A stretch of DNA of 64,000 nucleotides from Ignavibacteria bacterium (GCA_041694835.1 JBGFRZ010000082.1:32001-96000); one strand, 5' to 3'; shown: positions 1 through 10,583, counted from the first letter of the stretch. Notes: generated from the letters alone by a model not told the origin. Made by a program: numbers and translations.

Positions 1-2
1 AC

Positions 3-572
3 ATGGTTCAGACTATAGCGAGGATGATAGACGCTAAGGACTCCTACACGCACGAACACGCCGACAGAGCGCGAAAATACGCCAACCTTATAGCAAGAAA
101 ATTAAACCTCCCCGCGGAGATGGTGAAGCATGTAGAATATGCGGCGCTGATGCACGATATAGGAAAGATCGGGATTGAAGAAAGTATATTGAGAAAGCCG
201 GGAAAGCTTACAATCGAGGAGATATCAATCATAAGGAAACATCCGTCCATAGGCAATAAAATCATATCTCCGGTCACATTTTTGAACCCTGTCGCGCCGA
301 TGATTCTTTATCATCAGGAGTGGTATAACGGACAGGGATATCCCGAGGGCTTGAAAAAAGAAGAAATTCCTTTGGGGGCGAGAATCGTGGCTGTTATCGA
401 CGCTTACGACGCGATGTGTTCAGAGAGGCCGTACAGAAAAGCGATGTCAAAGGATTATGCCATAAATGAGTTGAAAAGAGGAGCGGGGATACAATTCGAT
501 CCAAAGGTTGTCGATAAATTCATCGAAATTCTTCACGAAGAAGATATGTCAGAAGTTTATTCTCCAAAATGA
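3..572 (+). CDS. HD-GYP domain c-di-GMP phosphodiesterase (C-terminal part; N-terminus probably outside the window)
   Basis: DAKDSYTHEH, LMHDIGKIG, HQEWYNGQGYP and DAYDAMCSERPYRK motifs are intact. Confidence 0.9.
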   Translation: MVQTIARMIDAKDSYTHEHADRARKYANLIARKLNLPAEMVKHVEYAALMHDIGKIGIEESILRKPGKLTIEEISIIRKHPSIGNKIISPVTFLNPVAPMILYHQEWYNGQGYPEGLKKEEIPLGARIVAVIDAYDAMCSERPYRKAMSKDYAINELKRGAGIQFDPKVVDKFIEILHEEDMSEVYSPK

Positions 573-1270
573 CCGGCGCTCTTTTTGTCGTTTCAACGCC
601 TATAGGTAATATAAAGGACATAACCCTAAGGGCGCTCGAAACTTTGAAAGAAGCGGATTTCATAGTCTGTGAGGATACAAGAGAAACCAAAAAACTTCTG
701 TCTCATTACTCCATACACGAAAAAAACGCTCTGATAAGTTTTTTTACTTACAATCAACAAAGAAGAATACCGGAGATAATCGGCAAGTTGAAAAGCGGCT
801 GTAAAATCGCCCTTGTTTCGGAAAGAGGCACACCGGGAATATCTGACCCGGGTTTTTTTTTGATAGATGCCGTCATAAAAGAAAATTTAAAAGTCGTGAC
901 GGTTCCTGGAACAGTCGCTTTCGCTGCGGCGATTGTCGCATCCGGACTTCCGACCGACGATTTTGTATTCCTGGGCTTCTTGAGGAAAAAGCCGGGGAAG
1001 CTAAAAAGACAAATATCGGAAGCTGCGGTTTTGAACAAAACCATAATTTTCTACGAGTCTCCGAAAAGACTCAAAAAAACGTTGGCGATTGTTAAAGAGA
1101 TTATGCCTGCAAGCGCAAAAATCTGTATCGCAAGAGAATTAACGAAGACCTTTGAGGAATTTATAAGGGGGAGGCTGGACGAAATTGAAAAAGACATCAG
1201 ACAAAAAGATATCAGGGGCGAACTCGTAGTTTTGATACACGCTAATTCAAGAGAGAAACATCATGATTAA
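569..1270 (+). CDS. rsmI: 16S rRNA (cytidine1402-2'-O)-methyltransferase
   Basis: VVSTPIGNIKDIT, CEDTR, GTPGISDPG, YESPKR and ARELTK.FEE motifs. Confidence 0.93.
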   Translation: MTGALFVVSTPIGNIKDITLRALETLKEADFIVCEDTRETKKLLSHYSIHEKNALISFFTYNQQRRIPEIIGKLKSGCKIALVSERGTPGISDPGFFLIDAVIKENLKVVTVPGTVAFAAAIVASGLPTDDFVFLGFLRKKPGKLKRQISEAAVLNKTIIFYESPKRLKKTLAIVKEIMPASAKICIARELTKTFEEFIRGRLDEIEKDIRQKDIRGELVVLIHANSREKHHD

Positions 1271-2300
1271 AGCCGGTGTTGTCGGAATATTAGGATATGT
1301 CGGTGAGGAACTAATAAAAATATTGGCTCGCCATCCAAATATAAAAATGGCGAAACTCTGCGATAAAGGAGCGGGGCTGCCAAAACCGATGAGAGAAATA
1401 TATCCCGACATTTTTCAGATTTCTAAATTGCCATGCGAAAATCTTGTTTTAGACGAGGTCGCCGCATCCTGCGATATTGTTTTTCTTGCATTGCCGCATG
1501 TTGAATCGGCAAAAATCGCTGCGGAATTCTTGAAAAAAGGGAAAAAAGTTATAGATTTAAGTGCCGATTTCCGTCTGAAAGATGCTAACATATATGAAAA
1601 TTGGTATAATGCCGCACATCCTCACCCTTCTCTTTTGAAAGATGCTGTCTATGGAATCCCTGAACTTTACAAAGACGAAATTGAAAACGCCTCTCTTATA
1701 GCAAACCCTGGTTGTTATCCTACGACGATAATTTTGGCTTTGGCGCCGCTTTTGATGGCTAAAACCATCTCCGTGGACATGTCGTCAATAGTAGTAAGTT
1801 CAAACAGCGGCGTTTCTGGTGGTGGCAGAAACTTCGCGAAACTCTACTTTGAAAAAGAGCATCCAAACCACAAACCCTACAACATCGGGGGCACACATAG
1901 GCATATCCCCGAGATAGAACAGGAACTCGCTCGTATCGCAAAACCGACACAACCGCTCACCATAACATTTTCTCCGCATATAATCCCCGTGGAAAGAGGA
2001 ATGCTATCCGACATTTACATAAACCTGACGGAAAAAATAGAAGCGGACGGATTGCGTGAAATTTACGACGACTTCTATAAAAACAAACCATTCGTAAAGG
2101 TTCTACCCGATAAAAAACTGCCCGAAATAAAAAATGTCGTCAACACAAACTTCTGTGAAATAAGCGTGAATGTTGACAAAAGGACAGATCGCATAGTGCT
2201 AATGTCTGCCATCGATAACCTCATAAAAGGCGCCGCCGGACAGGCGGTACAAAATATGAATATAATGTTCGGTTTTGACGAATCTGATGGAATACTGTAA
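1263..2300 (+). CDS. argC: N-acetyl-gamma-glutamyl-phosphate reductase
   Basis: DLSADFRL, ANPGCYPT, HRHIPEIEQ and IDNLIKGAAGQAVQNMN motifs. Confidence 0.95.
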   Translation: MIKAGVVGILGYVGEELIKILARHPNIKMAKLCDKGAGLPKPMREIYPDIFQISKLPCENLVLDEVAASCDIVFLALPHVESAKIAAEFLKKGKKVIDLSADFRLKDANIYENWYNAAHPHPSLLKDAVYGIPELYKDEIENASLIANPGCYPTTIILALAPLLMAKTISVDMSSIVVSSNSGVSGGGRNFAKLYFEKEHPNHKPYNIGGTHRHIPEIEQELARIAKPTQPLTITFSPHIIPVERGMLSDIYINLTEKIEADGLREIYDDFYKNKPFVKVLPDKKLPEIKNVVNTNFCEISVNVDKRTDRIVLMSAIDNLIKGAAGQAVQNMNIMFGFDESDGIL

Positions 2301-2328
2301 GAAAATTTAAAAATAAAATTAAAATATC

Positions 2329-3174
2329 ATGAACTCAAAAGAAGCATATCTTGACTTCATTAAACGGTTTACTCATTTAGTTAGTAAAAATCCACATCTT
2401 ATCAAAATAACTCTCGGTAATATTTTTACAATGCGATTGATAGGAAACAAAACACATGGAGATATGGCTGAAATTGGTATTTGCGAATTTATTAATCAAT
2501 ATATGTATGATTTTAAGTCAATCCATGTTGGGAAAGACTTATTTCGTGCTAAAGAACACGAAGAAGATATCAAAATTGTAAATGAAATCCAGAATGTAAA
2601 TTTTACAATAAGTCTTAAAGCATATGGCGATGGACCACTTCAACTTTCAACTGATAAGAATTTTCAGATGTTCCCAAAATTACAGAAGTGTGTAAAGACA
2701 ATAACATTGCCAGCCAAACTTGATGCAGTTTTTAATGACCCATCTTTTAGTGAGTTTGGGAATATTAATGTCTTACCACTCATATATGACGAGCGAAGGA
2801 AAAAATGCAATATCATGGTGTTTGATTTTGAGAAAGCAAGAAAAAACACATATAAAATAGAGTTAGAAAAACTTGGAAAAGGCAGAAAACATCCTGTTTA
2901 CAAATTTTATGATAAAGACAGTGATTATATTTGCGAGGTTCGGTATGGAGATGCTGCTGCAAATGCGCTGCAAAGGGGATTGTGGACAAACACTAAAAAT
3001 GCGATTAATTATTTTAACAGCATAACAGGTGGCTGGATAGATTACTCGGATAACAAGTTGCTTGTTCTTCTTTTTTCACATGCTTTTGTTTCAACGATTG
3101 ACGGTCATAAAAAAGCACTCGAGGTTTTAAAAGCAGATATTCAAACTCAAAAAGAAAAATCAAATCTGAAATAA
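2329..3174 (+). CDS. Putative type II restriction endonuclease
   Basis: AT-rich ORF coupled to a DNA methyltransferase; PD-(D/E)xK-like arrangement E...EDI...SLK; the call rests mainly on context. Confidence 0.65.
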   Translation: MNSKEAYLDFIKRFTHLVSKNPHLIKITLGNIFTMRLIGNKTHGDMAEIGICEFINQYMYDFKSIHVGKDLFRAKEHEEDIKIVNEIQNVNFTISLKAYGDGPLQLSTDKNFQMFPKLQKCVKTITLPAKLDAVFNDPSFSEFGNINVLPLIYDERRKKCNIMVFDFEKARKNTYKIELEKLGKGRKHPVYKFYDKDSDYICEVRYGDAAANALQRGLWTNTKNAINYFNSITGGWIDYSDNKLLVLLFSHAFVSTIDGHKKALEVLKADIQTQKEKSNLK

Positions 3175-3175
3175 A

Positions 3176-4309
3176 ATGAACCAAACATTATTCCCAGACA
3201 TTGTAGTAGATTATCCTTACACTGAAGGGATTAAATATACCGGGTCCAAACTCAAACTCTTACCATACATTATTCAACTGGCACAAAAGGTTCAGCCCAA
3301 AATTATATTTGATGGATTCTCAGGCACTACAAGAGTAGCCCAAGCATTTGCCCGATTGGGTTATCAGGTGATAACAAATGATGTTGCTGTTTGGTCAAAA
3401 GTATTTGCTAATTGTTATTTGAAAGCGAAAAAAGATAATAATTATTATCAAAAAATAATTGACCACTTGAATTCTCTGCGTGACAAAGACGGTTGGTTTA
3501 GCGAAAATTATGGTGGAGAGCCAAACAACGGAAAATCCGTTCAGAAAGACGGGGGCAAAAAGTTGTGGCAAGTTCATAACACTCGCAAACTTGATGCCAT
3601 ACGAGAGGAAATTGATAATTTGGACTTAAATGAAATAGATAAATCAGTGTTGCTAACCAGTTTAATTTTAGCGCTTGATAAAGTTGATAATACTATCGGA
3701 CACTACGCTGCTTATTTAACTGAATGGGCACCGCGTTCCTATAATACAATGAAAATGCAATTACCAGGCATTATTCGTTCGCAACAAAGTCACATTATTT
3801 ATAATGAGGACATATTTAATATTTTAGATAAAGTAAATGCTGACTTGGCTTATTACGACCCACCATATGGGTCAAACAACGATAAAATGCCACCCTCACG
3901 AGTAAGATACGCTGCATATTATCATATCTGGACTACAATTTGTCTGAATGATAAGCCAAAATTATTTGGAAGGGCAAGAAGACGAATTGATTCTTCCGAT
4001 AATTTTGCCAGTTCAGTTTTTGAGGAATTCAGAAAAGGAACTTCAGGAAAATTTGTTGTTGTGGAGGCGATAGAAAAGTTAATTAAACTCTCAAAAACAA
4101 AATACATAATACTTTCTTATAGTTCAGGCGGAAGGGCAACTGCAGAGGAGTTGAAAGAAGTTTTAAGCAGTTCCGGCAATATATTAGAGATTATTTCTGT
4201 CAACTACAAAAAAAATGTAATGGCCGGCATGAGATGGACTAATGATTGGATACGAGATACCGAATCGCCAAATAAAGAGTACCTATTTTTATTAGAAAAA
4301 ACTATATAA
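3176..4309 (+). CDS. DNA adenine methyltransferase (D12/alpha-class layout)
   Basis: KYTGSK, SAM-binding FDGFSGT, then catalytic YYDPPY. Confidence 0.9.
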   Translation: MNQTLFPDIVVDYPYTEGIKYTGSKLKLLPYIIQLAQKVQPKIIFDGFSGTTRVAQAFARLGYQVITNDVAVWSKVFANCYLKAKKDNNYYQKIIDHLNSLRDKDGWFSENYGGEPNNGKSVQKDGGKKLWQVHNTRKLDAIREEIDNLDLNEIDKSVLLTSLILALDKVDNTIGHYAAYLTEWAPRSYNTMKMQLPGIIRSQQSHIIYNEDIFNILDKVNADLAYYDPPYGSNNDKMPPSRVRYAAYYHIWTTICLNDKPKLFGRARRRIDSSDNFASSVFEEFRKGTSGKFVVVEAIEKLIKLSKTKYIILSYSSGGRATAEELKEVLSSSGNILEIISVNYKKNVMAGMRWTNDWIRDTESPNKEYLFLLEKTI

Positions 4310-4434
4310 ATCTATTGATTTGATTCGCTCCAAAAAGTTCTTATTCATATTAAATTCAAAAAAGTTTTAGCATTAAAGTTATACAATCAAGAAACAAAAA
4401 AATTGATTGCCTCTATCAGGCAATCTATCACAAA

Positions 4435-5658
4435 ATGAGTAAAACAAATCAATTGCCAATAGGGTTTAACGCTGCGGGAGTATTTTGCGGATTGAAAAAG
4501 AACGGCAAGAACGACCTTGCATTTTTCTATTCCGAAAAACCTTGCGACGCCGTGGGAGTTTTTACCAAAAACCTGGTCAAGGCGGCACCAATTATCGTCT
4601 CACAAAAAAACATAAAAAACAAAATCTCGGCAATTATCGCAAACTCAGGATGTGCAAACGCCTGCACTGGCCAAAAAGGAATCAGGGACGCTCAAAAAAT
4701 GTGTAAACTGACAGCGAAAAATTTAGGCGTAAAATCAAAAAACATTTTAGTCGCTTCAACCGGCGTCATAGGTCAATATCTGCCGATGGACAAAATAGAA
4801 TATGGAATAAAAAAACTTAATCACTTAATCGCTCAATCACTTAATCACTGTCATCTATCTGCGGTTGAAGGAATTATGACCACCGACACCTTCCCGAAAA
4901 TCGTTCATAAAAAATTCCACCTTCCTTCTCTATCCTCTATTCCCTATCCCCTATCCCCTGTCTCTATCTGGGGTTGTTGCAAAGGCGCCGGGATGATTCA
5001 TCCTGATCTGGCCACTATGCTTTGCTTCATTTTTACCGATGCGGCGATATCGCAAAAACTTCTTAAAGAAGCGCTGTCAGAAGCAGTCGAAAAAAGTTTT
5101 AACAGGATATCTATCGACGGTGACACATCCACGAATGATTGTGTTTTTATACTCGCAAACAGCGAAGCGAAAAACAAAAAAATAGTTAAAAAAGACAAAG
5201 GTTATTTTATTTTTAAGAACAACCTTGAAAAAATAACGATTGAACTCGCAAAAATGGTCGTTAAGGACGGTGAAGGAGCGACAAAGCTCGTAAAAATATC
5301 GGTCAAAAACGCCTTTTCCGAAAATATCGCAAGAAAGATAGCCTCGACGGTCGCCACATCGCCCCTCGTAAAGACCGCCATTTTTGGAAGTGATGCAAAC
5401 TGGGGAAGGATTATAGCGGCGGTTGGAAGAAGCGGGGTAAAAATTGAACCCGACAAAATAGATATTTTTTTTGATAATTTGGCAGTCGCTAAAAGTGGTA
5501 TGGCGATGAACTTTTCAGAAAAAATGGCGAAAAAAGTTCTTGATAAAAAAGAATTTACGATAACAGTCGATTTAAAATCCGGCAAAAGCGATTATTATTA
5601 CTACACATCAGATCTAACAACGGATTATGTTAAGATAAACGCATCATACAGGAGCTGA
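4435..5658 (+). CDS. argJ: Ornithine acetyltransferase / N-acetylglutamate synthase
   Basis: NSGCANACTG, STGVIG, IMTTDT, KGAGMIHPDLATML, DGDTSTND and DGEGATK motifs. Confidence 0.96.
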   Translation: MSKTNQLPIGFNAAGVFCGLKKNGKNDLAFFYSEKPCDAVGVFTKNLVKAAPIIVSQKNIKNKISAIIANSGCANACTGQKGIRDAQKMCKLTAKNLGVKSKNILVASTGVIGQYLPMDKIEYGIKKLNHLIAQSLNHCHLSAVEGIMTTDTFPKIVHKKFHLPSLSSIPYPLSPVSIWGCCKGAGMIHPDLATMLCFIFTDAAISQKLLKEALSEAVEKSFNRISIDGDTSTNDCVFILANSEAKNKKIVKKDKGYFIFKNNLEKITIELAKMVVKDGEGATKLVKISVKNAFSENIARKIASTVATSPLVKTAIFGSDANWGRIIAAVGRSGVKIEPDKIDIFFDNLAVAKSGMAMNFSEKMAKKVLDKKEFTITVDLKSGKSDYYYYTSDLTTDYVKINASYRS

Positions 5659-5664
5659 CGCTCG

Positions 5665-6120
5665 GTGAAAAAAATCGTCTTTGTCTGCACAGGAAACACA
5701 TGTAGATCGGTTCTTGCCGAGTACATGTTCAGAAAGATGCTTGATGAGGACAACGGGATGAGAAATTCTTTTGAAATTTTGTCCTGCGGAACAGATGCTT
5801 CGCCTTTTTATAAAATACCGGAGTTCGTGACAAAAATGCTAAAAAAAGAAGGGATTGAAGAGGTGCTACACAACTCCACACAAATTGACGCACAAATTTT
5901 CAAAAACGCGGAAATGTTCTTTGTGATGGAAAATCATCATAAAATGTTTATAGAACAAAATTTCGAAAAAACCGGAAAAGTTTTTCTGCTTGGAGAAAGC
6001 GAAGAAATCCCTGACCCCATAGGCATGTCTGAGGAATTTTATTTTGAAACATTTCAAAACATAAAAAAATATCTGACAACCTTAAAGGAAAAACTAAAAA
6101 ATGACTATCAAAAAAAATGA
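5665..6120 (+). CDS. Low molecular weight protein tyrosine/arginine phosphatase
   Basis: [11 protein letters not shown]-loop and IPDP motif; GTG start. Confidence 0.9.
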   Translation: MKKIVFVCTGNTCRSVLAEYMFRKMLDEDNGMRNSFEILSCGTDASPFYKIPEFVTKMLKKEGIEEVLHNSTQIDAQIFKNAEMFFVMENHHKMFIEQNFEKTGKVFLLGESEEIPDPIGMSEEFYFETFQNIKKYLTTLKEKLKNDYQKK

Positions 6121-7345
6121 CCCCGAAGTATTTTTGTTAATAAAAAACGAGGTGGAAAGACAAAGGAACACCATTGAACTGATTGCATCTGAGAATTTTA
6201 CTTCATCCGATGTCATGGATGCCCAGGGTTCTGTTCTCACAAATAAATATGCTGAGGGTTACCCCGGGAAAAGATACTACGGCGGCTGCGAGTTTGTCGA
6301 CGGTGTAGAAAATCTTGCAAGGGAGCGAGTCAAAAAACTCTTTGGCGCCGAACACGCCAATGTCCAACCTCACTCGGGAACACAGGCAAATATGGTGATT
6401 TATTTCGCGGTTTTAAATCCGGGGGACACTATAATGGGAATGCACCTTTCCCACGGAGGACATCTCTCCCACGGGCACCCCGCGAGTTTCTCTGGCAAAT
6501 ACTTCAACATCACACCGATAAATCTGAGAAAAAAGGACTCCCTCATAGATTACTCCGAGATAAAACGTCTTGCTAAAAAACATATGCCAAAGCTTATAGT
6601 CGGCGGTTCTTCCTCGTATTCAAGGATAATCGACTGGAAAAAAATTTCAGAGATAGCAAAAAGCATAAACGCCTATTTTATGGCTGATGTGGCTCACTAC
6701 GCGGGGATGATTGCAGCCGGAATTTATCCTTCGCCCGTTCCTTACGCCGATTTTATCACATTCACCACACACAAAACGATGCGCGGCCCCCGTGGTGGCG
6801 TAATACTTTGCAAAAATGAATTCGCAACCGCGATAGACAGAACGATATTCCCCGGAACTCAAGGTGGACCGCTTATGCACGTTATAGCGGCGAAAGCGGT
6901 GGCTTTCAGGGAGGCGGCGACAGAAAAATTCAGGAAGTACCAGAATCAAGTTCTGAAAAACTCGAGAAACCTCGCCGAGGTTCTGATGAATGAAGGGATA
7001 AAGGTCGTAAGTGGAGGTACGGATTGCCATATGTTTCTGGTTGATGTGACGCCACTCGGGCTTACCGGAATAGTAGCCGAAAAACTTCTTGAAGAAGTTG
7101 GCATAACCGTAAACAAAAACTCAATTCCATATGACTCTCAAAAACCGGCGATAGGCTCGGGGATAAGAATAGGAACGCCGGCCGTCACAACGAGAGGTAT
7201 GGAAGAAAAGGAGATGGAAAAGATCGCCCTGATGCTCTCGTCGATACTTAAACATCCGAAAAACATAAAAATAAAGAATAAAGTCGTGCGAGATGTAAAA
7301 AATCTCTGCAAAAAATTTTCCCTATACAAAAATTTGAAAATATAA
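6101..7345 (+). CDS. glyA: Serine hydroxymethyltransferase
   Basis: [32 protein letters not shown] and GIRIGTPA motifs. Confidence 0.97.
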   Translation: MTIKKNDPEVFLLIKNEVERQRNTIELIASENFTSSDVMDAQGSVLTNKYAEGYPGKRYYGGCEFVDGVENLARERVKKLFGAEHANVQPHSGTQANMVIYFAVLNPGDTIMGMHLSHGGHLSHGHPASFSGKYFNITPINLRKKDSLIDYSEIKRLAKKHMPKLIVGGSSSYSRIIDWKKISEIAKSINAYFMADVAHYAGMIAAGIYPSPVPYADFITFTTHKTMRGPRGGVILCKNEFATAIDRTIFPGTQGGPLMHVIAAKAVAFREAATEKFRKYQNQVLKNSRNLAEVLMNEGIKVVSGGTDCHMFLVDVTPLGLTGIVAEKLLEEVGITVNKNSIPYDSQKPAIGSGIRIGTPAVTTRGMEEKEMEKIALMLSSILKHPKNIKIKNKVVRDVKNLCKKFSLYKNLKI

Positions 7346-7466
7346 CCGGAAGGCGCTGATAATAAAGAAAATTTTTAAAGGGTGTTAAAGAGTTATCAAT
7401 GTTCTTTTGCAGCCTTGGCGACGGAATTATCGTAGAAATCCGAAGGATTTCATGGGAGGTTGGGCA

Positions 7467-8096
7467 ATGAAAAACGTGATAATTATCGGTCATCCGCTCG
7501 TGCAACACAAACTCAGCGTACTAAGAAACCACGAGACAAAGCCCAAGGACTTCAGGGCGGTACTTCAGGAGATATCGGCTCTGATGTTCTATGAGGTTAC
7601 AAGAAATGTCGGCACTAAAATATCGAAGGTAAAAACCCCTCTCGGGGTATCAAGCACAAGGATAATTTCGGGAAAGATGATAAGTCTCGTTCCGATACTA
7701 AGGGCCGGTCTCGGAATGGTCGAAGGAATTCTGCCTCTCTTGCCACAGTCGAGGATAGGGCACATCGGTCTTTACCGCGATCCGAGAACGCTTCTGCCGG
7801 TCGATTACTTCATAAAACTCCCGAATGACATAGATAAACGCCTCGTCATACTTCTTGATCCTATGCTCGCCACAGGCAACTCGCTTGTCGAGGCGATAAA
7901 CATATTAAAAAAGGAAAAAGTCGGTAAAATCGCCTATCTCGGGATACTCGGCTGCCCTGAAGGAATAAAAAATGTCAGGAAGTTTCATCCCGAAGTGCCG
8001 CTCTATATGGCGGCCGTGGACAGAAAGTTAGATTCGCATGGATACATAATCCCCGGTCTTGGCGACGCCGGAGACAGACTTTTTGGAACGAAATGA
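7467..8096 (+). CDS. upp: Uracil phosphoribosyltransferase
   Basis: HPLVQHKL, PILRAGLGM, DPMLATG and PGLGDAGDR motifs; start moved to ATG 7467, which follows GGAGG. Confidence 0.95.
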   Translation: MKNVIIIGHPLVQHKLSVLRNHETKPKDFRAVLQEISALMFYEVTRNVGTKISKVKTPLGVSSTRIISGKMISLVPILRAGLGMVEGILPLLPQSRIGHIGLYRDPRTLLPVDYFIKLPNDIDKRLVILLDPMLATGNSLVEAINILKKEKVGKIAYLGILGCPEGIKNVRKFHPEVPLYMAAVDRKLDSHGYIIPGLGDAGDRLFGTK

Positions 8097-8097
8097 A

Positions 8098-9105
8098 ATG
8101 ATTTACATCGCCGGATTTTTATTTTCATTCATCGGAGCGGCGATATTCGTGCCGCTATCGATACTCCTCGCCAGAAAATTCGACGTCCTCGACTATCCGA
8201 AGGCGAGGAAAGTCCATCGACTCCCGCTCCCCAGATGGGGAGGCGTAGGCATCTACATGGGTTTTGCCACAGGGATTTTCGCAATATATCACATCTTCCC
8301 GTCTTTCAAGGAGTTCCTTCAGCAAAGTTATAAAAATCTCCTCTTGGAAAAACAGTTCTGGGGCGTGATACTTGGTTCATCGGTCGCCATGGTGATGGGT
8401 GCGGTCGATGACAAAAAAAACATAAGAGCCATAACAAAATTGCTCGTACAGATAATAGCGGCGTACGTTGCCATGGACTACGGGGTGAGAATATTCGCTC
8501 TCAACATACCGTTTTATAAAACTATCAATTTCCCTCAGTGGTTTTCACAGGCGGTCACGGTTTTATGGTTGATAGGATTCATGAACACGATAAACCTTGC
8601 CGACGGTCTCGACGGACTTGCGGGGGGCATCGTCTTTATAGCATCCTTGACATTCTTTACGGTCAGCCTCATACAAAAACAAACAGCGAGTTTCGGGCTC
8701 GCAAATCAACTGACGCTCTCTGCGGTATTCGCGATAATAGTCGCTGGAACCTCTCTCGGTTTCCTGATTTTTAACTTCCCCCCCGCGAGAGTTTTTATGG
8801 GCGATTCAGGAGCTCTTTTTCTTGGATTTATGCTCGCTACGATATCCGCCACGGGAGCCCTGAAATCAACCGCTTTCCTATCGCTTTTCATACCCATTAT
8901 AGTCATCGCTCTACCGATTCTCGACGTATGCCTTTCTATTTTCAGGAGATGGCGCAAAGGGGTGAAGCTCTCCACCCCAGACAAAGAACATATACACCAT
9001 AAGTTTTTGAAATTCGGATGGACGCAGAGGGAAGTTGTTCTTTTGATGTATGTCTTTACGTTGATTCTTTCAAACATCGCTGTGATAACGACAATCATCA
9101 AATAA
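8098..9105 (+). CDS. Undecaprenyl-phosphate GlcNAc-1-phosphate transferase (WecA/TagO, MraY family)
   Basis: Multi-TM protein; DDKK, NTINLADGLDGL, FMGDSG and HIHH motifs; start placed at ATG 8098. Confidence 0.9.
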   Translation: MIYIAGFLFSFIGAAIFVPLSILLARKFDVLDYPKARKVHRLPLPRWGGVGIYMGFATGIFAIYHIFPSFKEFLQQSYKNLLLEKQFWGVILGSSVAMVMGAVDDKKNIRAITKLLVQIIAAYVAMDYGVRIFALNIPFYKTINFPQWFSQAVTVLWLIGFMNTINLADGLDGLAGGIVFIASLTFFTVSLIQKQTASFGLANQLTLSAVFAIIVAGTSLGFLIFNFPPARVFMGDSGALFLGFMLATISATGALKSTAFLSLFIPIIVIALPILDVCLSIFRRWRKGVKLSTPDKEHIHHKFLKFGWTQREVVLLMYVFTLILSNIAVITTIIK

Positions 9106-9110
9106 AACAC

Positions 9111-10247
9111 ATGTCTAAAAAAATACTCTTTGTTTTCGGAACAAGACCCGAAGCCATAAAGATGGCGCCGGTGATTAAACGCTTCCAAGTTCCAGGTTCC
9201 AGGTTCAAGGCAAGCGTTTGCGTTACAGCACAACACAGACAGATATTGGACGATGTCCTGAAACTATTTGAAATAAAACCTGACTACGATCTCAACATAA
9301 TGCAGGAAAACCAGACGCTCACCCATATAACCACCGAGACACTGAATCGCCTTGAAAAAGTTCTGACGAAAGAGAAACCAGACATGGTCCTCGTCCACGG
9401 CGACACGACAACAACATTCGCTGCTGCTCTTGCCGCCTTCTACAAAAAAATCCCTGTGGGCCACGTGGAGGCCGGTTTGAGAACTTACGACAAAAACCAT
9501 CCTTATCCAGAGGAGGCCAACAGGCTGCTAACCGACTCCATATGCGATATATATTTTGCTCCGACAAAAACGGCTGAAGCGGCGCTTAAAAAAGAAAATA
9601 TACCCGCAAAAAATATCCTGATAACCGGCAACACCGTCATCGACGCTCTATATTTTGCCTTGAACCAAAAAAAAGAATTTTCAAATTTATCGTTAAGAAA
9701 TATGTTTTCATCCGTCATCCGTCATCCGTCATCCGCTATTATATTATTGACCTGCCACAGGAGAGAAAACTTTGGAAAACCCATCATCAACATATTCAAT
9801 GCCATAAAGGTCGTATCGGAAAAATATAGAGTAACGGTGATATATCCTGTCCATCCGAACCCCAACATAAAAGAGCCTGCAAAAAAAATACTCGGTGGAG
9901 CAAAAAATATAAAACTCATTGAACCTTTAAACTATTTCGACCTCGTGAAACTCATGGCGAAGTCATATTTTGTCGTCACCGACTCAGGCGGCATACAGGA
10001 AGAAGCGCCATCTCTGGGCAAACCGGTTCTGGTGCTGAGGAATGTTTCCGAGAGACCCGAGGCCATTAAATCCGGGGTTGCGAAAGTGATAGGAACTGAC
10101 TACAAGAATGTAAAATATGAAATTGAAAAACTTCTGACCAACAAAAACGCTTACAACAAAATGTCACGTGGAGTTAATCCCTACGGCGATGGAAAGGCGA
10201 GCCAGAGAATTTTAGACGCCGTCAAATTTTATTTTAGTGCTCTGTGA
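9111..10247 (+). CDS. wecB: UDP-N-acetylglucosamine 2-epimerase (non-hydrolysing)
   Basis: FGTRPEAIK, HGDTTT, HVEAGLR, TDSGGIQEEA and NPYGDG motifs; start placed at ATG 9111. Confidence 0.95.
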   Translation: MSKKILFVFGTRPEAIKMAPVIKRFQVPGSRFKASVCVTAQHRQILDDVLKLFEIKPDYDLNIMQENQTLTHITTETLNRLEKVLTKEKPDMVLVHGDTTTTFAAALAAFYKKIPVGHVEAGLRTYDKNHPYPEEANRLLTDSICDIYFAPTKTAEAALKKENIPAKNILITGNTVIDALYFALNQKKEFSNLSLRNMFSSVIRHPSSAIILLTCHRRENFGKPIINIFNAIKVVSEKYRVTVIYPVHPNPNIKEPAKKILGGAKNIKLIEPLNYFDLVKLMAKSYFVVTDSGGIQEEAPSLGKPVLVLRNVSERPEAIKSGVAKVIGTDYKNVKYEIEKLLTNKNAYNKMSRGVNPYGDGKASQRILDAVKFYFSAL

Positions 10248-10262
10248 ATTTCGCTGTTTATA

Positions 10263-10583
10263 ATGATGAAAAAATACATAAAAGGAAAGCACGAATATAT
10301 TATTTGGGGGAAAAAAGCCAAACAGGTGAAAACCTTGTTGAAAAAAAAGAGGGGAATTAATTCCCCCCTGCATGAGCCGTCGCAAGAGCGCGGTATCAGC
10401 ATAATATCCGAGAGCTATCCGGATGAATTTACGATTATCGCAAATCAAGATGAGTTTATTATAGACTTTCTGAAACATCTTGCGCCGAATCACTTAAAAA
10501 TCTTAAAAAGATTTATAATCTCGCCGAAGAAAGTTAAAGAGCTCTTGTTAAATTCCGGGTTTAGTTTTCCAACGTCGGTGTAA
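10263..10583 (+). CDS. Hypothetical protein
   Basis: 106-aa ORF 15 nt after wecB; 3' end overlaps the convergent gene; no motif recognised. Confidence 0.45.
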   Translation: MMKKYIKGKHEYIIWGKKAKQVKTLLKKKRGINSPLHEPSQERGISIISESYPDEFTIIANQDEFIIDFLKHLAPNHLKILKRFIISPKKVKELLLNSGFSFPTSV

